From the sequence record NC_047838.1: a stretch of 64,000 nucleotides of DNA; one strand, given 5' to 3'. Below, piece by piece: positions 55,126 through 64,000 of this stretch. The notes under the pieces were generated by a model. It was not told the origin of the DNA. It worked only from the letters and a program-made list of their open reading frames with translations, and did no database searches. The position numbers and the translations under genes were made by a program. How positions within the stretch are numbered: the stretch's first letter is position 1; every line of letters starts with the position of its first letter.

Positions 55126-55133
55126 TATAAATA
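55126..55133 (+). promoter_or_regulatory. T4 late promoter (full consensus)
   Basis: TATAAATA upstream of gp22/gp23. Confidence 0.8.
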
Positions 55134-55171
55134 AATATAGTTTTAAAAAACAGATAAAACGGAGCGTTCAA

Positions 55172-56260
55172 ATGTCTCGTGGCAAAAAATTACAAGAAAT
55201 GGAAGTAAAGACACAGCAATCCAAAACCGCTGTTAACTCTGGTGCTAAGCCAGCAGACGGAATGGATACCTCAGTCGCTGGTTCTTACGAAGATCTCGGA
55301 GGTCCTACCCCCGAGAACTATAAGCCTGACGATGACTCAGCGAAACTTAAGGAACCCGGTGGAACACTTAAGCAAGTTAAGGACGTTGTAAACAAAGGCG
55401 CAAAACCAGCAGATCCCATGAAAGGCATGAAGGAAGAAGAAGAAGTTCTTGAAACCGAAGAAACCATCGAAGAGGAAGAAACTTCCACTGAAGATGTAGT
55501 TGCCGAAGAAGAGACTGCTGAAGAAGTCGTTGCCGAGTATGATGTCGAAGAAGATGTCAATGCTCTCCTCGGTGGCGAGGAACTCTCCGAAGAATTCAAA
55601 GAAAAGGCAAAGACCATCTTTGAAGCAGCAATCAACGCAAAGGTTGCTGAAATTAAAGAAACTCTTGAGTCACAGTACGCAGAGAAGCTTGCTGAGGAAG
55701 TCGAAGCAGCAAAAGAGTCACTCGCTGAGCGTGTTGATTCTTATCTTGAGTACGTCGCTGACGAGTGGTTTGAAGAAAACGCACTCGCCATCGAGAACGG
55801 TCTTAAGACTGAAATGACCGAATCATTCCTTACCGGAATGAAGGGTCTTTTTGAAGAACATTATGTAACCATCCCTGAAGATAAGTATGATGTATTAGAG
55901 AGCATGGTAGAAAAACTTGATGATATGGAGACCAAGCTCAACGAGCAGATTGAGAAGAACATCAACCTGAACGGTCGTCTCGCAGAGGCAACCGCAGGCG
56001 GTATTCTCGATCAAGTTTCTGAGGGACTCGCTGTAACTCAGAAGGAAAAGCTCGCATCACTTTCTGAAAGTGTTGAGTTTGAAAGTGAAGATCAATATCG
56101 TGAAAAACTGGAAACCCTGAAGGAGTCATATTTCTCCGGCAAGGCACCAGTTGCTAAAACAGAAACCCTTTCTGAGGGTGTAGATAGTGCAGAGGGTGTT
56201 GAATCCCATTCTGCATCTATGGAAGCATACCTGAGAACCCTGGGTTCTTTTGGCAAATAA
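55172..56260 (+). CDS. gp22: Prohead core scaffold gp22
   Basis: Acidic; LSEEFKEKAKTIFEAA, VDSYLEYV, FEEHYVTIP. Confidence 0.93.
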   Translation: MSRGKKLQEMEVKTQQSKTAVNSGAKPADGMDTSVAGSYEDLGGPTPENYKPDDDSAKLKEPGGTLKQVKDVVNKGAKPADPMKGMKEEEEVLETEETIEEEETSTEDVVAEEETAEEVVAEYDVEEDVNALLGGEELSEEFKEKAKTIFEAAINAKVAEIKETLESQYAEKLAEEVEAAKESLAERVDSYLEYVADEWFEENALAIENGLKTEMTESFLTGMKGLFEEHYVTIPEDKYDVLESMVEKLDDMETKLNEQIEKNINLNGRLAEATAGGILDQVSEGLAVTQKEKLASLSESVEFESEDQYREKLETLKESYFSGKAPVAKTETLSEGVDSAEGVESHSASMEAYLRTLGSFGK

Positions 56261-56306
56261 ACTGAATTTAACATTAGTTCAAACACTCACACTTTAGGAA
56301 AAAGCA

Positions 56307-57734
56307 ATGTTCCAATCCGAAACGTTGCAGGAAAAGTGGAAGCCCCTTCTGAATCATGAAGGATGCGATGAGATCAAAGATCCCCATCGTAGAGCTGTAA
56401 CCGCTGTCCTGCTGGAAAACCAAGAAAAATTCCTCAGAGAGCAATCCGCATTTAACGAGAGCGGAATGCTTAATGAGCAACCCACCATGAACACCAATTC
56501 TGGTGCTAATGCTGGTTTCTCTGCTGGCGCTACCGCAACTGGTCCTGTTGCAGGTTTCGACCCCGTACTGATCTCCTTGATCCGTCGCTCGATGCCTAAC
56601 CTGGTCGCTTATGACCTCGCTGGCGTTCAGCCTATGTCCGGTCCTACTGGACTCATCTTCGCGATGCGCTCCCGCTACAACACTCAGACTGGCGACGAGG
56701 CATTCTATAACGAAGCAGACACCGGATTCTCTGGATCCGATGCTGGATTCGACAACACCAACGGTTACTCTAACCGTGCTGCTGGTTTCGGTTCTACTTC
56801 TAACGTAGGAACCAATCCTTCAGTTCTCAACCCAACTGCAACCGCATCTACTACCGATTACAACGTCGGTCAGGGTATGCGTACAGATGACGCTGAATCT
56901 CTGGATGGCACCGGCAACGATGCCTTCAACCAGATGGCATTCAGCATCGAGAAGGTTACTGTAACCGCTAAGTCCAGAGCACTCAAAGCTGAGTACTCGT
57001 TGGAACTGGCACAGGACCTCAAGGCAATCCATGGTCTGAACGCTGAAGCGGAACTCGCCAACATCCTCTCTACTGAGATCTTGGCTGAGATCAACCGTGA
57101 AGTCATCAGAACCATCTACAAGACTGCTGAGCAAGGTGCTGTTTCTAACACCGCTACCGCTGGTGTATTCGACCTGGATATCGACTCTAACGGACGCTGG
57201 TCTGTTGAGAAGTTCAAGGGTCTTCTGTTCCAAATCGAGAGAGATGCGAACGCAATCGCACAAAGAACTCGTCGCGGAAAGGGCAACATCATCATGTGCT
57301 CTGCAGACGTTGCTTCTGCACTGACCATGGCTGGTGTGCTCGATTACACCCCTGCACTCAACGCTAACCTGACCGTTGATGACACCGGTAATACCTTCGC
57401 TGGTGTTCTCCAAGGTAAGTACAGAGTCTACATCGACCCATATGCTGCTAACCTGACTGCTGCTAACGCTGCAACCAACTCCGGTAACCAGTATTACGTC
57501 GTTGGTTATAAGGGTACTTCTCCTTATGACGCAGGTCTGTTCTACTGCCCTTACGTTCCCCTGCAAATGGTTCGTGCTGTTGGAGAGAACTCCTTCCAGC
57601 CCAAGATTGGCTTTAAGACCCGCTACGGTCTTGTTGCTAACCCATTCTCCGAAGGAACCACTCAGGGTGCTGGCGCACTCACCAGCAACGCCAACCGCTA
57701 CTATCGTCGCGTTGCTGTTAAGAACCTCATGTGA
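56307..57734 (+). CDS. gp23: Major capsid protein gp23
   Basis: VQPMSGPTGLIFAMRS, SRALKAEYSLELAQDLKAIHG, FQPKIGFKTRYG. Confidence 0.99.
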   Translation: MFQSETLQEKWKPLLNHEGCDEIKDPHRRAVTAVLLENQEKFLREQSAFNESGMLNEQPTMNTNSGANAGFSAGATATGPVAGFDPVLISLIRRSMPNLVAYDLAGVQPMSGPTGLIFAMRSRYNTQTGDEAFYNEADTGFSGSDAGFDNTNGYSNRAAGFGSTSNVGTNPSVLNPTATASTTDYNVGQGMRTDDAESLDGTGNDAFNQMAFSIEKVTVTAKSRALKAEYSLELAQDLKAIHGLNAEAELANILSTEILAEINREVIRTIYKTAEQGAVSNTATAGVFDLDIDSNGRWSVEKFKGLLFQIERDANAIAQRTRRGKGNIIMCSADVASALTMAGVLDYTPALNANLTVDDTGNTFAGVLQGKYRVYIDPYAANLTAANAATNSGNQYYVVGYKGTSPYDAGLFYCPYVPLQMVRAVGENSFQPKIGFKTRYGLVANPFSEGTTQGAGALTSNANRYYRRVAVKNLM

Positions 57735-57756
57735 TCAATACTCACAAGAGTTAATC

Positions 57757-57781
57757 AAGGACCCTTCGGGGTCCTTTTTTT
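57757..57781 (+). terminator. Intrinsic terminator after gp23
   Basis: AAGGACCC-TTCG-GGGTCCTT + T run. Confidence 0.9.
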
Positions 57782-57792
57782 ATGTCATCAGA

Positions 57793-57798
57793 TAAATA
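57793..57798 (+). promoter_or_regulatory. T4-type late promoter
   Basis: GATAAATA just after the terminator. Confidence 0.6.
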
Positions 57799-57815
57799 AC
57801 TAAAAAACTAGGACC

Positions 57816-58001
57816 ATGCCCTATCACGTAAAAAGAACTAGCAGAGTAGATAGTGATATTACCGTTTACTACTGTGGTGATGGAAAATGGTCTGATGACT
57901 ACTCAGATAGAGCAGTCTATGATTCAGACCCAACTCCTATGACTGTCAATTCAAATGGCAAAAATGGTGGATGGGATGGCAGCACAGTTGTAAGTGAATA
58001 A
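57816..58001 (+). CDS. Small hypothetical protein
   Basis: 61 aa, AGGA RBS, follows a late promoter. Confidence 0.65.
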   Translation: MPYHVKRTSRVDSDITVYYCGDGKWSDDYSDRAVYDSDPTPMTVNSNGKNGGWDGSTVVSE

Positions 58002-58003
58002 TC

Positions 58004-58591
58004 ATGCCAGTAACAAGAAAAAGAAAAAAACCTGCTGAGAGATATTCAAGGCAAGTTGAAAATAGAAACTTCCTAGCACCAACTGGTTTTAGGTTTGTTT
58101 TAAAAAGATCTCCAAAGGCAGCGTTCCTTTGCAATCAAGCAAACATTCCAGCAATTGATCTGGGAACTACCGTTCAACCTAATTACCTGAGAGACATTCC
58201 TGTTCCAGGAGACAAAATTGAATTTGGTGATTTGACCATCAGGTTCTTGGTTGATGAAGATCTAACTAATTACATGGAATTGCAAAACTGGATTCGTGGT
58301 TTAGGTTTTCCAGAAACCAGGAAGAACTTTTCTGACTTTGAGAGTGAAGGTTCAGACTACGGCATTATTCCTACAGAAGGTGGCGACAATATCTATTCTG
58401 ATGCTACACTTCAGATACTTAGTAACAATCTTGTCCCTAAGTTTCAAGTGATGTTCAAAGATTTATTTCCATATTCTTTGACAACTATTACGTTTGATGC
58501 TACTGATACGGACATCGAATACTTTACAGCAGAGGCAAGTTTCAAGTATACTATGTACAACTTGACAGATATGGAAAACAATCCTTTATGA
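58004..58591 (+). CDS. gp3: Tail completion/tube terminator gp3
   Basis: RNFLAPTGFRF, CNQANIP, IPVPGDKIEFGDLTIRFLVDEDLTNY. Confidence 0.88.
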   Translation: MPVTRKRKKPAERYSRQVENRNFLAPTGFRFVLKRSPKAAFLCNQANIPAIDLGTTVQPNYLRDIPVPGDKIEFGDLTIRFLVDEDLTNYMELQNWIRGLGFPETRKNFSDFESEGSDYGIIPTEGGDNIYSDATLQILSNNLVPKFQVMFKDLFPYSLTTITFDATDTDIEYFTAEASFKYTMYNLTDMENNPL

Positions 58592-59022
58592 TCGATCTTG
58601 ATAAACTTCAAGAGATGTGGGAAAAAGACTCAAAGATTGACATGGACAACTTGCATACTGAGTCTACAAATATTCCCACTCTCCATGCGAAGTACTTTGA
58701 TTTATATAATACCATCTTTTTGATGAGAAAGAAAGCAGAGCAGCAGAAGAAAAATATCAGACACGAAAGATACGAATACTATTCAGGAAAGGCAGACCCA
58801 GATATTTACGTGCAGAATCCCTTTCCTAAAAAAATCAGAGACAAGGACACGATGACGAAGTACCTTGACGCTGATGAAAAATTGTCTACAGTATGTTTGA
58901 AAATAGACTATTACGATACTATGCTAGTCTATATTGAGAGTATACTTAAACAGATAACTAACAGAACCTATCAAATTAAGAACGCGATAGAGTTCATGAG
59001 ATTCAACGCAGGACTAGGATGA
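58588..59022 (+). CDS. uvsY: Recombination mediator UvsY
   Basis: LHAKY...YEYYSGK...YLDADE...NRTYQIKNAIEFMRF; upstream of uvsW. Confidence 0.88.
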   Translation: MIDLDKLQEMWEKDSKIDMDNLHTESTNIPTLHAKYFDLYNTIFLMRKKAEQQKKNIRHERYEYYSGKADPDIYVQNPFPKKIRDKDTMTKYLDADEKLSTVCLKIDYYDTMLVYIESILKQITNRTYQIKNAIEFMRFNAGLG

Positions 59023-59204
59023 TGGAAGAAGAGGATTATTATCATCTAGAGTTGCCAATAGAGGCAGTTCGCATTATTCATATGGGTCTTACTCAGGCAG
59101 TGGACAAATGGTCAGGAGGAAGTCCACAAGAGCAAGAAGATTTGCTTGCCATGCGAGATCATTTTTATAGGATCATGCTAGAGCACAGATTTAGTAACAT
59201 GTAA
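59019..59204 (+). CDS. Small hypothetical protein
   Basis: 61 aa, coupled to uvsY. Confidence 0.65.
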   Translation: MMEEEDYYHLELPIEAVRIIHMGLTQAVDKWSGGSPQEQEDLLAMRDHFYRIMLEHRFSNM

Positions 59205-59398
59205 TGGAAGAAGAAAGAAAACCCATTTTGTCGCTAAATTTTGAGATTGAAGATATTCAAATGCAATATACTGCCATGGAAAAATACATGGAAGGTATGG
59301 ACAAAGTAAGTTGGGAATATAAACACGCAGATAGAATAAAAACAGAGTTATACAGAGCAATCGCTCATCATAAATTTAATCTTGACAAGGAAGAATAA
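59204..59398 (+). CDS. Small hypothetical protein (possible paralogue of preceding ORF)
   Basis: 64 aa, TAATG overlap. Confidence 0.6.
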   Translation: MEEERKPILSLNFEIEDIQMQYTAMEKYMEGMDKVSWEYKHADRIKTELYRAIAHHKFNLDKEE

Positions 59399-59401
59399 AT
59401 A
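59396..59401 (+). promoter_or_regulatory. T4-type late promoter
   Basis: AATAAATA upstream of uvsW. Confidence 0.55.
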
Positions 59402-59422
59402 TTAACAGATGTATGGATATCT

Positions 59423-60898
59423 GTGATTGATACGACAGCAAACCTTGTTATATCAAAATCCAACGAAGTTTTTTTAAAAGTAAAAACAGAACCTCATATT
59501 GAATATGAACTTAGAGATCACTTTAAGTTTGAGGTTCCTAATGCAAAATTTATGCCGCAATATCGTGGTAGAAATTGGAACGGAGAAATTCACCTATACG
59601 ATATGCGGTCCAAACAGATCTATGTCGGTCTGTTAGATAAGATTGTATCTTTCTGCAAGAACTACGGATACACTTACAAGTTTGAAGATAATAAATTCTA
59701 CGGCACTCCATATGAAGAGAACGACTTCATTTCGATGGAGGGTGTAAAAGATTACATTAAATCGATCTCGGCTTACGCGCCACGACAATACCAAGTCGAG
59801 GGAGTATACGATGCTCTAAAACACAACAGAAGACTATTGATATCTCCAACTGCGTCAGGCAAATCTCTGATGATTTACTCATTAGCAAGATATTACGTTG
59901 AGCAAGGGAAAAATATTCTGGTAGTTGTTCCCACGACCAGTCTGGTAGAGCAGATGTATAAGGACTTTGGGGAATATGGGTGGGACTCAGAGAGTTACTG
60001 CCATAAGATCTATAGTGGGAGGGAGAAGAATGATGATCGTCCAATTGTCATTACCACATGGCAATCTATCTATAAGTTAGAAAGAAGTTGGTTTGAGAAG
60101 TTTGATGTTGTAATCGGTGATGAAGCACACTTGTTTAAGTCAAAGTCTCTGATTCAGATCATGACTAAGTTGCATCATGCAAAATATAGATTCGGTTTTA
60201 CTGGCACACTTGATGGTACACAGACTCACAAGTGGGTGCTAGAGGGTCTCTTTGGTCCATCATACAAAGTGACAAGAACTGAAGAGTTGATGAGACAAGG
60301 ACACTTATCCCAGCTTGATATTCAGTGTCTTGTTCTTAAACATCCGCCTCAGAAGTTTGAGGTTTATGAAGATGAAATTCAATATCTTATCTCTCATGAA
60401 CAACGTAATAGATTCATTCGTAATCTAACACTTGATCTTAAAGGGAACACACTTGTGCTTTTTGCAAGAGTCGAAGCACATGGTGCCGTACTCTATGAGG
60501 AGATAAATAAACACAAGCGAGGTGACCGTAAGGTATTTTTTATACATGGTGGTGTAGATGCAGAACAAAGGGAGATAGTCAGAGAAATTACAGAAAGAGA
60601 ATCCAACGCTATTATCGTTGCCTCCTATGGAACTTTTTCTACTGGTATCAACATTAAAAACCTCCATAACGTTATCTTTGCCTCTCCAAGTAAGTCCAGA
60701 ATCCGCAATCTTCAGAGTATTGGACGAGTTCTTAGAAAAGGAAAAGACAAAGTAAAAGCAACTCTGTATGATATTGCAGATGATTGTTCAACTAAGTCCA
60801 GAAGAAATTACACACTTAATCATTTCATAGAAAGAATCAAAACGTATAATGAAGAAAGTTTTAACTATGAGATAATCACTATTCAACTAAAGGTATGA
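59423..60898 (+). CDS. uvsW: DNA helicase UvsW
   Basis: SPTASGKS, TTWQS, GDEAH, GFTGT, GTFSTGINI, LQSIGRVLR. Confidence 0.95.
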   Translation: MIDTTANLVISKSNEVFLKVKTEPHIEYELRDHFKFEVPNAKFMPQYRGRNWNGEIHLYDMRSKQIYVGLLDKIVSFCKNYGYTYKFEDNKFYGTPYEENDFISMEGVKDYIKSISAYAPRQYQVEGVYDALKHNRRLLISPTASGKSLMIYSLARYYVEQGKNILVVVPTTSLVEQMYKDFGEYGWDSESYCHKIYSGREKNDDRPIVITTWQSIYKLERSWFEKFDVVIGDEAHLFKSKSLIQIMTKLHHAKYRFGFTGTLDGTQTHKWVLEGLFGPSYKVTRTEELMRQGHLSQLDIQCLVLKHPPQKFEVYEDEIQYLISHEQRNRFIRNLTLDLKGNTLVLFARVEAHGAVLYEEINKHKRGDRKVFFIHGGVDAEQREIVREITERESNAIIVASYGTFSTGINIKNLHNVIFASPSKSRIRNLQSIGRVLRKGKDKVKATLYDIADDCSTKSRRNYTLNHFIERIKTYNEESFNYEIITIQLKV

Positions 60899-61287
60899 TA
60901 GAAGACGATTTTTTTGCAACACTAAAATTAAAATCTGGTGAAGAAATCTTTGCAAGAGTTGCTGCAACCGAAGAAGATGATAGAACTCTTCTGCTAGTTT
61001 CTAATCCAGTTGTTGTAAATGAAATAAAGAGTAGAATGGGTGTTGTTGGTTACAAGGTAGAACCTTGGTTGAAGACAACTACCGAAGATATGTTCATTCT
61101 TAATATCTCAGATGTGCTCACGATGTCTGAGTCATCCGACATAGAAATGATTATGATGTATCAAGACTATGTTAGATCATCTAATAGTGATGAAGATAAT
61201 AATACTCAATTAAACAGACGCATGGGACGTATTGGCAACGTCAGAGATGCAAAAGAAATTCTAGAGAAGATATTTAAAAACACCTAA
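60895..61287 (+). CDS. Conserved hypothetical protein (Sm-like fold likely)
   Basis: ATLKLKSGEEIFARV...VEPWLK; syntenic between uvsW and gp55. Confidence 0.7.
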   Translation: MIEDDFFATLKLKSGEEIFARVAATEEDDRTLLLVSNPVVVNEIKSRMGVVGYKVEPWLKTTTEDMFILNISDVLTMSESSDIEMIMMYQDYVRSSNSDEDNNTQLNRRMGRIGNVRDAKEILEKIFKNT

Positions 61288-61335
61288 AGCCTGTCTATCA
61301 AACTCCACAAAGTTATTCTACTTGTATTTGAGAAC

Positions 61336-61364
61336 TTGTCAAGTCTTTCGTAAGATGATATAAT
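61336..61364 (+). promoter_or_regulatory. Host-like sigma70 promoter of gp55
   Basis: TTGTCA 61336-61341 - 17 nt - TATAAT 61359-61364. Confidence 0.7.
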
Positions 61365-61388
61365 TCATACATATTATGAGATAAACTT

Positions 61389-61883
61389 ATGATAAGACCT
61401 GGTATGGCTAAAAGAAAAAGGTCCGAACATTACGTTAACAATAAAGAGTTTCTTGCTGCTCTTATCAAGTATCGTGAAGATAAAGAGATTGCAGAGATGA
61501 AGGGTCTTCCCAAACCTCCCATTCCACGATACATTGGGGAGTGTTTCTTGAAGATTGCAAATCACTTGTCCTTCAAGCCGAACTTCGTTAACTACATGTT
61601 CAAGGAGGACATGGTTTCAGATGGAATCGAAAATTGCGTTCAGTACATTCATAATTTTAATCCTGAGAAATCCCAAAATCCTTTTGCTTACTTTACGCAG
61701 ATCATTCATTATGCGTTTCTCCGCAGGATCCAAAGAGAGAAGCGTCAGTTAGAAATTAAGAACAAGATTATTGAACGGTCTGGTTACAGCGAAGTGTTTG
61801 ATGATAACAACACCCTTGACGGATCGAACTACAGCGACTACAATAGTATCAAAGATGCTGTGCATTCCAAACTACGTTATTGA
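61389..61883 (+). CDS. gp55: Late transcription sigma factor gp55
   Basis: HYVNNKEF, YIGECFLKIANHLS, EDMVSDGIENC, NPFAYFTQI. Confidence 0.96.
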   Translation: MIRPGMAKRKRSEHYVNNKEFLAALIKYREDKEIAEMKGLPKPPIPRYIGECFLKIANHLSFKPNFVNYMFKEDMVSDGIENCVQYIHNFNPEKSQNPFAYFTQIIHYAFLRRIQREKRQLEIKNKIIERSGYSEVFDDNNTLDGSNYSDYNSIKDAVHSKLRY

Positions 61884-62929
61884 TGAAAGTTGCAATAATC
61901 ACGGACCAACATTTTGGTGCTCGTAAAAACTCCAAACTGTTTCACGATTATTTTCTAAAGTTCTACAACGAAGTATTCTTTCCAACTCTAGAGAAAGAAG
62001 GTATCACCACGATTGTTGATATGGGCGATACGTTTGACAATAGAACTGGTATCAATTTTGCTGCCCTTGCATGGGCAAAAGATAATTACTACGATAGACT
62101 TCAGAAGATGGGAGTCAAAGTTCATACCATCGTCGGTAATCATACAGCGTACTATAAAAACACTAACACCATTAACGCAGTTGATCTTCTGCTGCGTGAA
62201 TATGATAATGTTGAAGTCTACTCTGCACCTGAAGAGGTTAAGTTAGACAATCTCAAAGTTCTTTTTATACCATGGATTAATCAAGAAAATGAAGCAGACA
62301 CTCTTAAGATTATTGAAAAGACAACTTGCAACTGCGCGATGGGGCACCTTGAACTCCAAGGATTTAGAGTTAATCGACAGATCGTCATGGAGCATGGTAT
62401 GGAGTGCTCACTATTTGAGAAGTTCAGTCATGTCTTCTCCGGTCACTATCACACTAGATCGACAGATGGGAAAATCTCGTACCTAGGTAATCCATATGAG
62501 ATGTTCTGGAGTGATGTGAATGATGCTCGTGGATTTCATATCTTTGACACAGAGACTTTAGAAAGAACTCCTGTCAATAATCCTCATAGAATGTTCTACA
62601 ACATTTACTATGAGGACACTCCACATCAGACATTTGACACCAGGGAATATGAAAACAAGATTGTAAAAGTTGTTGTTCGTAAGAAGACTGACACTAAAAA
62701 CTTTGAAAAGTTTGTAGATAAACTTTACTCGTCAGGTATTGCCGAACTAAAGGTTGTTGAAAACTTTGACTTTAGCGGTTGGTATGATAAGGAAGTTGAT
62801 ATGGTTGAATCTGAAGATACGATGTCAATCCTGAATAGATATATTGAAGAAGCAGAGGTCCCTCTTGATAAGTCTTTGATTCAAAAAATCATGAACGAAG
62901 TATATCAGGAAGCATGTGAGCTGGTGTAA
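61880..62929 (+). CDS. gp47: Recombination endonuclease gp47 (SbcD/Mre11-like)
   Basis: ITDQHFG, MGDTFD, VGNH, SGHYH metallophosphoesterase motifs. Confidence 0.95.
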   Translation: MMKVAIITDQHFGARKNSKLFHDYFLKFYNEVFFPTLEKEGITTIVDMGDTFDNRTGINFAALAWAKDNYYDRLQKMGVKVHTIVGNHTAYYKNTNTINAVDLLLREYDNVEVYSAPEEVKLDNLKVLFIPWINQENEADTLKIIEKTTCNCAMGHLELQGFRVNRQIVMEHGMECSLFEKFSHVFSGHYHTRSTDGKISYLGNPYEMFWSDVNDARGFHIFDTETLERTPVNNPHRMFYNIYYEDTPHQTFDTREYENKIVKVVVRKKTDTKNFEKFVDKLYSSGIAELKVVENFDFSGWYDKEVDMVESEDTMSILNRYIEEAEVPLDKSLIQKIMNEVYQEACELV

Positions 62930-63201
62930 TGTATATCTTAACAATCTATGGAAAAGAGACGGAAGGTGCATATTCTGTAGCAGATGATGAAGGAGATCAG
63001 ATTCTTTATCTGTTTGAAGAGGAAGACGATGCGATGAGATATGCTATGATGTTGGAGGACGACGGAAGTCCTGACATGCATGTGATTGAAGTAGAAGATG
63101 AGATAATGATCAAAACCTGTGAGATGCATGACTATAAGTATGCAGTAATCACAAAGAACGACCTTGTAATTCCTCCAGACGCTAGTCATGATTTTGTTTG
63201 A
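62929..63201 (+). CDS. Conserved hypothetical protein
   Basis: 90 aa acidic ORF between gp47 and gp46. Confidence 0.75.
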   Translation: MYILTIYGKETEGAYSVADDEGDQILYLFEEEDDAMRYAMMLEDDGSPDMHVIEVEDEIMIKTCEMHDYKYAVITKNDLVIPPDASHDFV

Positions 63202-64000
63202 AAAGATTCGTTGGAAAAACTTTCTGTCAACGGGTAATCAATTTACTGAATTTGCACTCAACGAAAACTCTACCAATCTGATTATTGGCACAAACGGTGC
63301 AGGTAAGTCAACTGTATTGGATGCCTTGACGTTCTCTCTGTTTGGTAAACCTTTCCGTAAGATCAACAAACCTCAACTTATCAACTCTGTGAATGAGAAG
63401 GATTGTAAGGTAGAGGTTGAATTTACGATTGGTGACACGAATTGGAAAGTGGTTCGTGGAATCAAACCTGCTGTATTTGAGATCCATAGAAACGGTTCTG
63501 TAATGGATCAATTTGCTGCAGCCCTGGATCAGCAGAAGTGGTTGGAACAAAATGTTCTGAAGATGAACTACAAGTCATTCACTCAGATTGTGATTCTTGG
63601 TAGTAGCACGTTTGTTCCTTTCATGCAACTCCCTGCAAATAGCAGGAGAGAAGTGATTGAAGATTTACTTGATATCAAAATCTTTTCTTCCATGAATAGT
63701 ATTTTGAAAGATAAGATTAGGATGGTGAAGGAAGATATCAAAGTTCTTGATCTTAAGAAAGAGTCTCTGAACGATAAAGTTCAAATGCAGGAGAACTTTA
63801 TCGAAGAGTTGGAGGATCGTGGTAAGCAAAATATCAAAGACAAAGAACGCAAAATTCTTAGTCTCTTAAATGAAGAAAAGGATTTGATGAATGCTTGTGA
63901 TGGAATGAATGAGGAACTTCAAAGTCTCAACAAAAATCTTCAAAATCATTCAGGTGCCACGGATAAACTTCGCAAACTTGGAAACTTAAAGGGAAAGATT
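63188..64000 (+). CDS. gp46: Recombination ATPase gp46 (SbcC/Rad50-like), 3' partial
   Basis: Own translation MILFEKIRWKNFLSTGN...GTNGAGKST...SFTQIVILGSSTFVPFMQL; open to the window end. Confidence 0.95.
   Translation, partial: MILFEKIRWKNFLSTGNQFTEFALNENSTNLIIGTNGAGKSTVLDALTFSLFGKPFRKINKPQLINSVNEKDCKVEVEFTIGDTNWKVVRGIKPAVFEIHRNGSVMDQFAAALDQQKWLEQNVLKMNYKSFTQIVILGSSTFVPFMQLPANSRREVIEDLLDIKIFSSMNSILKDKIRMVKEDIKVLDLKKESLNDKVQMQENFIEELEDRGKQNIKDKERKILSLLNEEKDLMNACDGMNEELQSLNKNLQNHSGATDKLRKLGNLKGKI

Noticed and set aside
47036-62929. Introns or inteins in gp17, gp18, gp20, gp23, uvsW, gp47
   Set aside because: All are uninterrupted ORFs of ordinary size, with no intein (C...HN) or LAGLIDADG/HNH insertion seen.
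805-63550. Many minus-strand ORFs in the track (e.g. 1411-2508, 12169-12837, 56820-57566)
   Set aside because: They are antisense shadows of well-supported + strand genes, with no recognisable motifs, RBS or promoters; the window is uniformly + coded.
1-64000. Photosynthesis or other classic auxiliary metabolic genes (psbA, hli, talC etc.)
   Set aside because: None recognised in this window; the cyanophage call rests on gene order and protein style, so host identity is inferred.

Overview
This window is a 64-kb segment of a T4-like marine cyanomyovirus (Synechococcus/Prochlorococcus-type phage). All credible genes are on the + strand. (1) About 1-11.9 kb is a hypervariable early-gene island of small ORFs. 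It is organised into modules, each headed by a shared ~22-bp palindrome (consensus GTG[AC]CAGTT-N3/4-AA[GC]TG[GT]CAC) lying 29-31 nt upstream of a sigma70-type -10 box. The island carries two paralogous SF2 helicases and a four-gene cassette: helicase, NPPY methylase/TRD with a degenerate SAM motif, Mrr-type nuclease, and a stand-alone SAM-binding methylase half. This cassette looks like a Type ISP restriction-modification enzyme split into separate polypeptides. The island also has a KxDG ligase-fold protein, an HExxH peptidase, a candidate structured RNA and an origin-like, largely non-coding stretch. (2) About 12-64 kb is the conserved morphogenesis/replication block: gp25-gp6-gp7-gp8-DUF4815-type virion protein-gp13-14-15-16, three inserted genes (a fibre-like protein with a copper-site-like domain, a peptide with a capsid-targeting-like N-terminus, and a modular protein that may be a gp21-cleaved polyprotein), then gp17-18-19-20-21-22-23-gp3-uvsY-uvsW-gp55-gp47-gp46 (partial), with T4-type TAAATA late promoters. 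I recognised no tRNA, rRNA, CRISPR array, intron or integrase. All assignments come from motif recognition and synteny by eye; no database searches were run.
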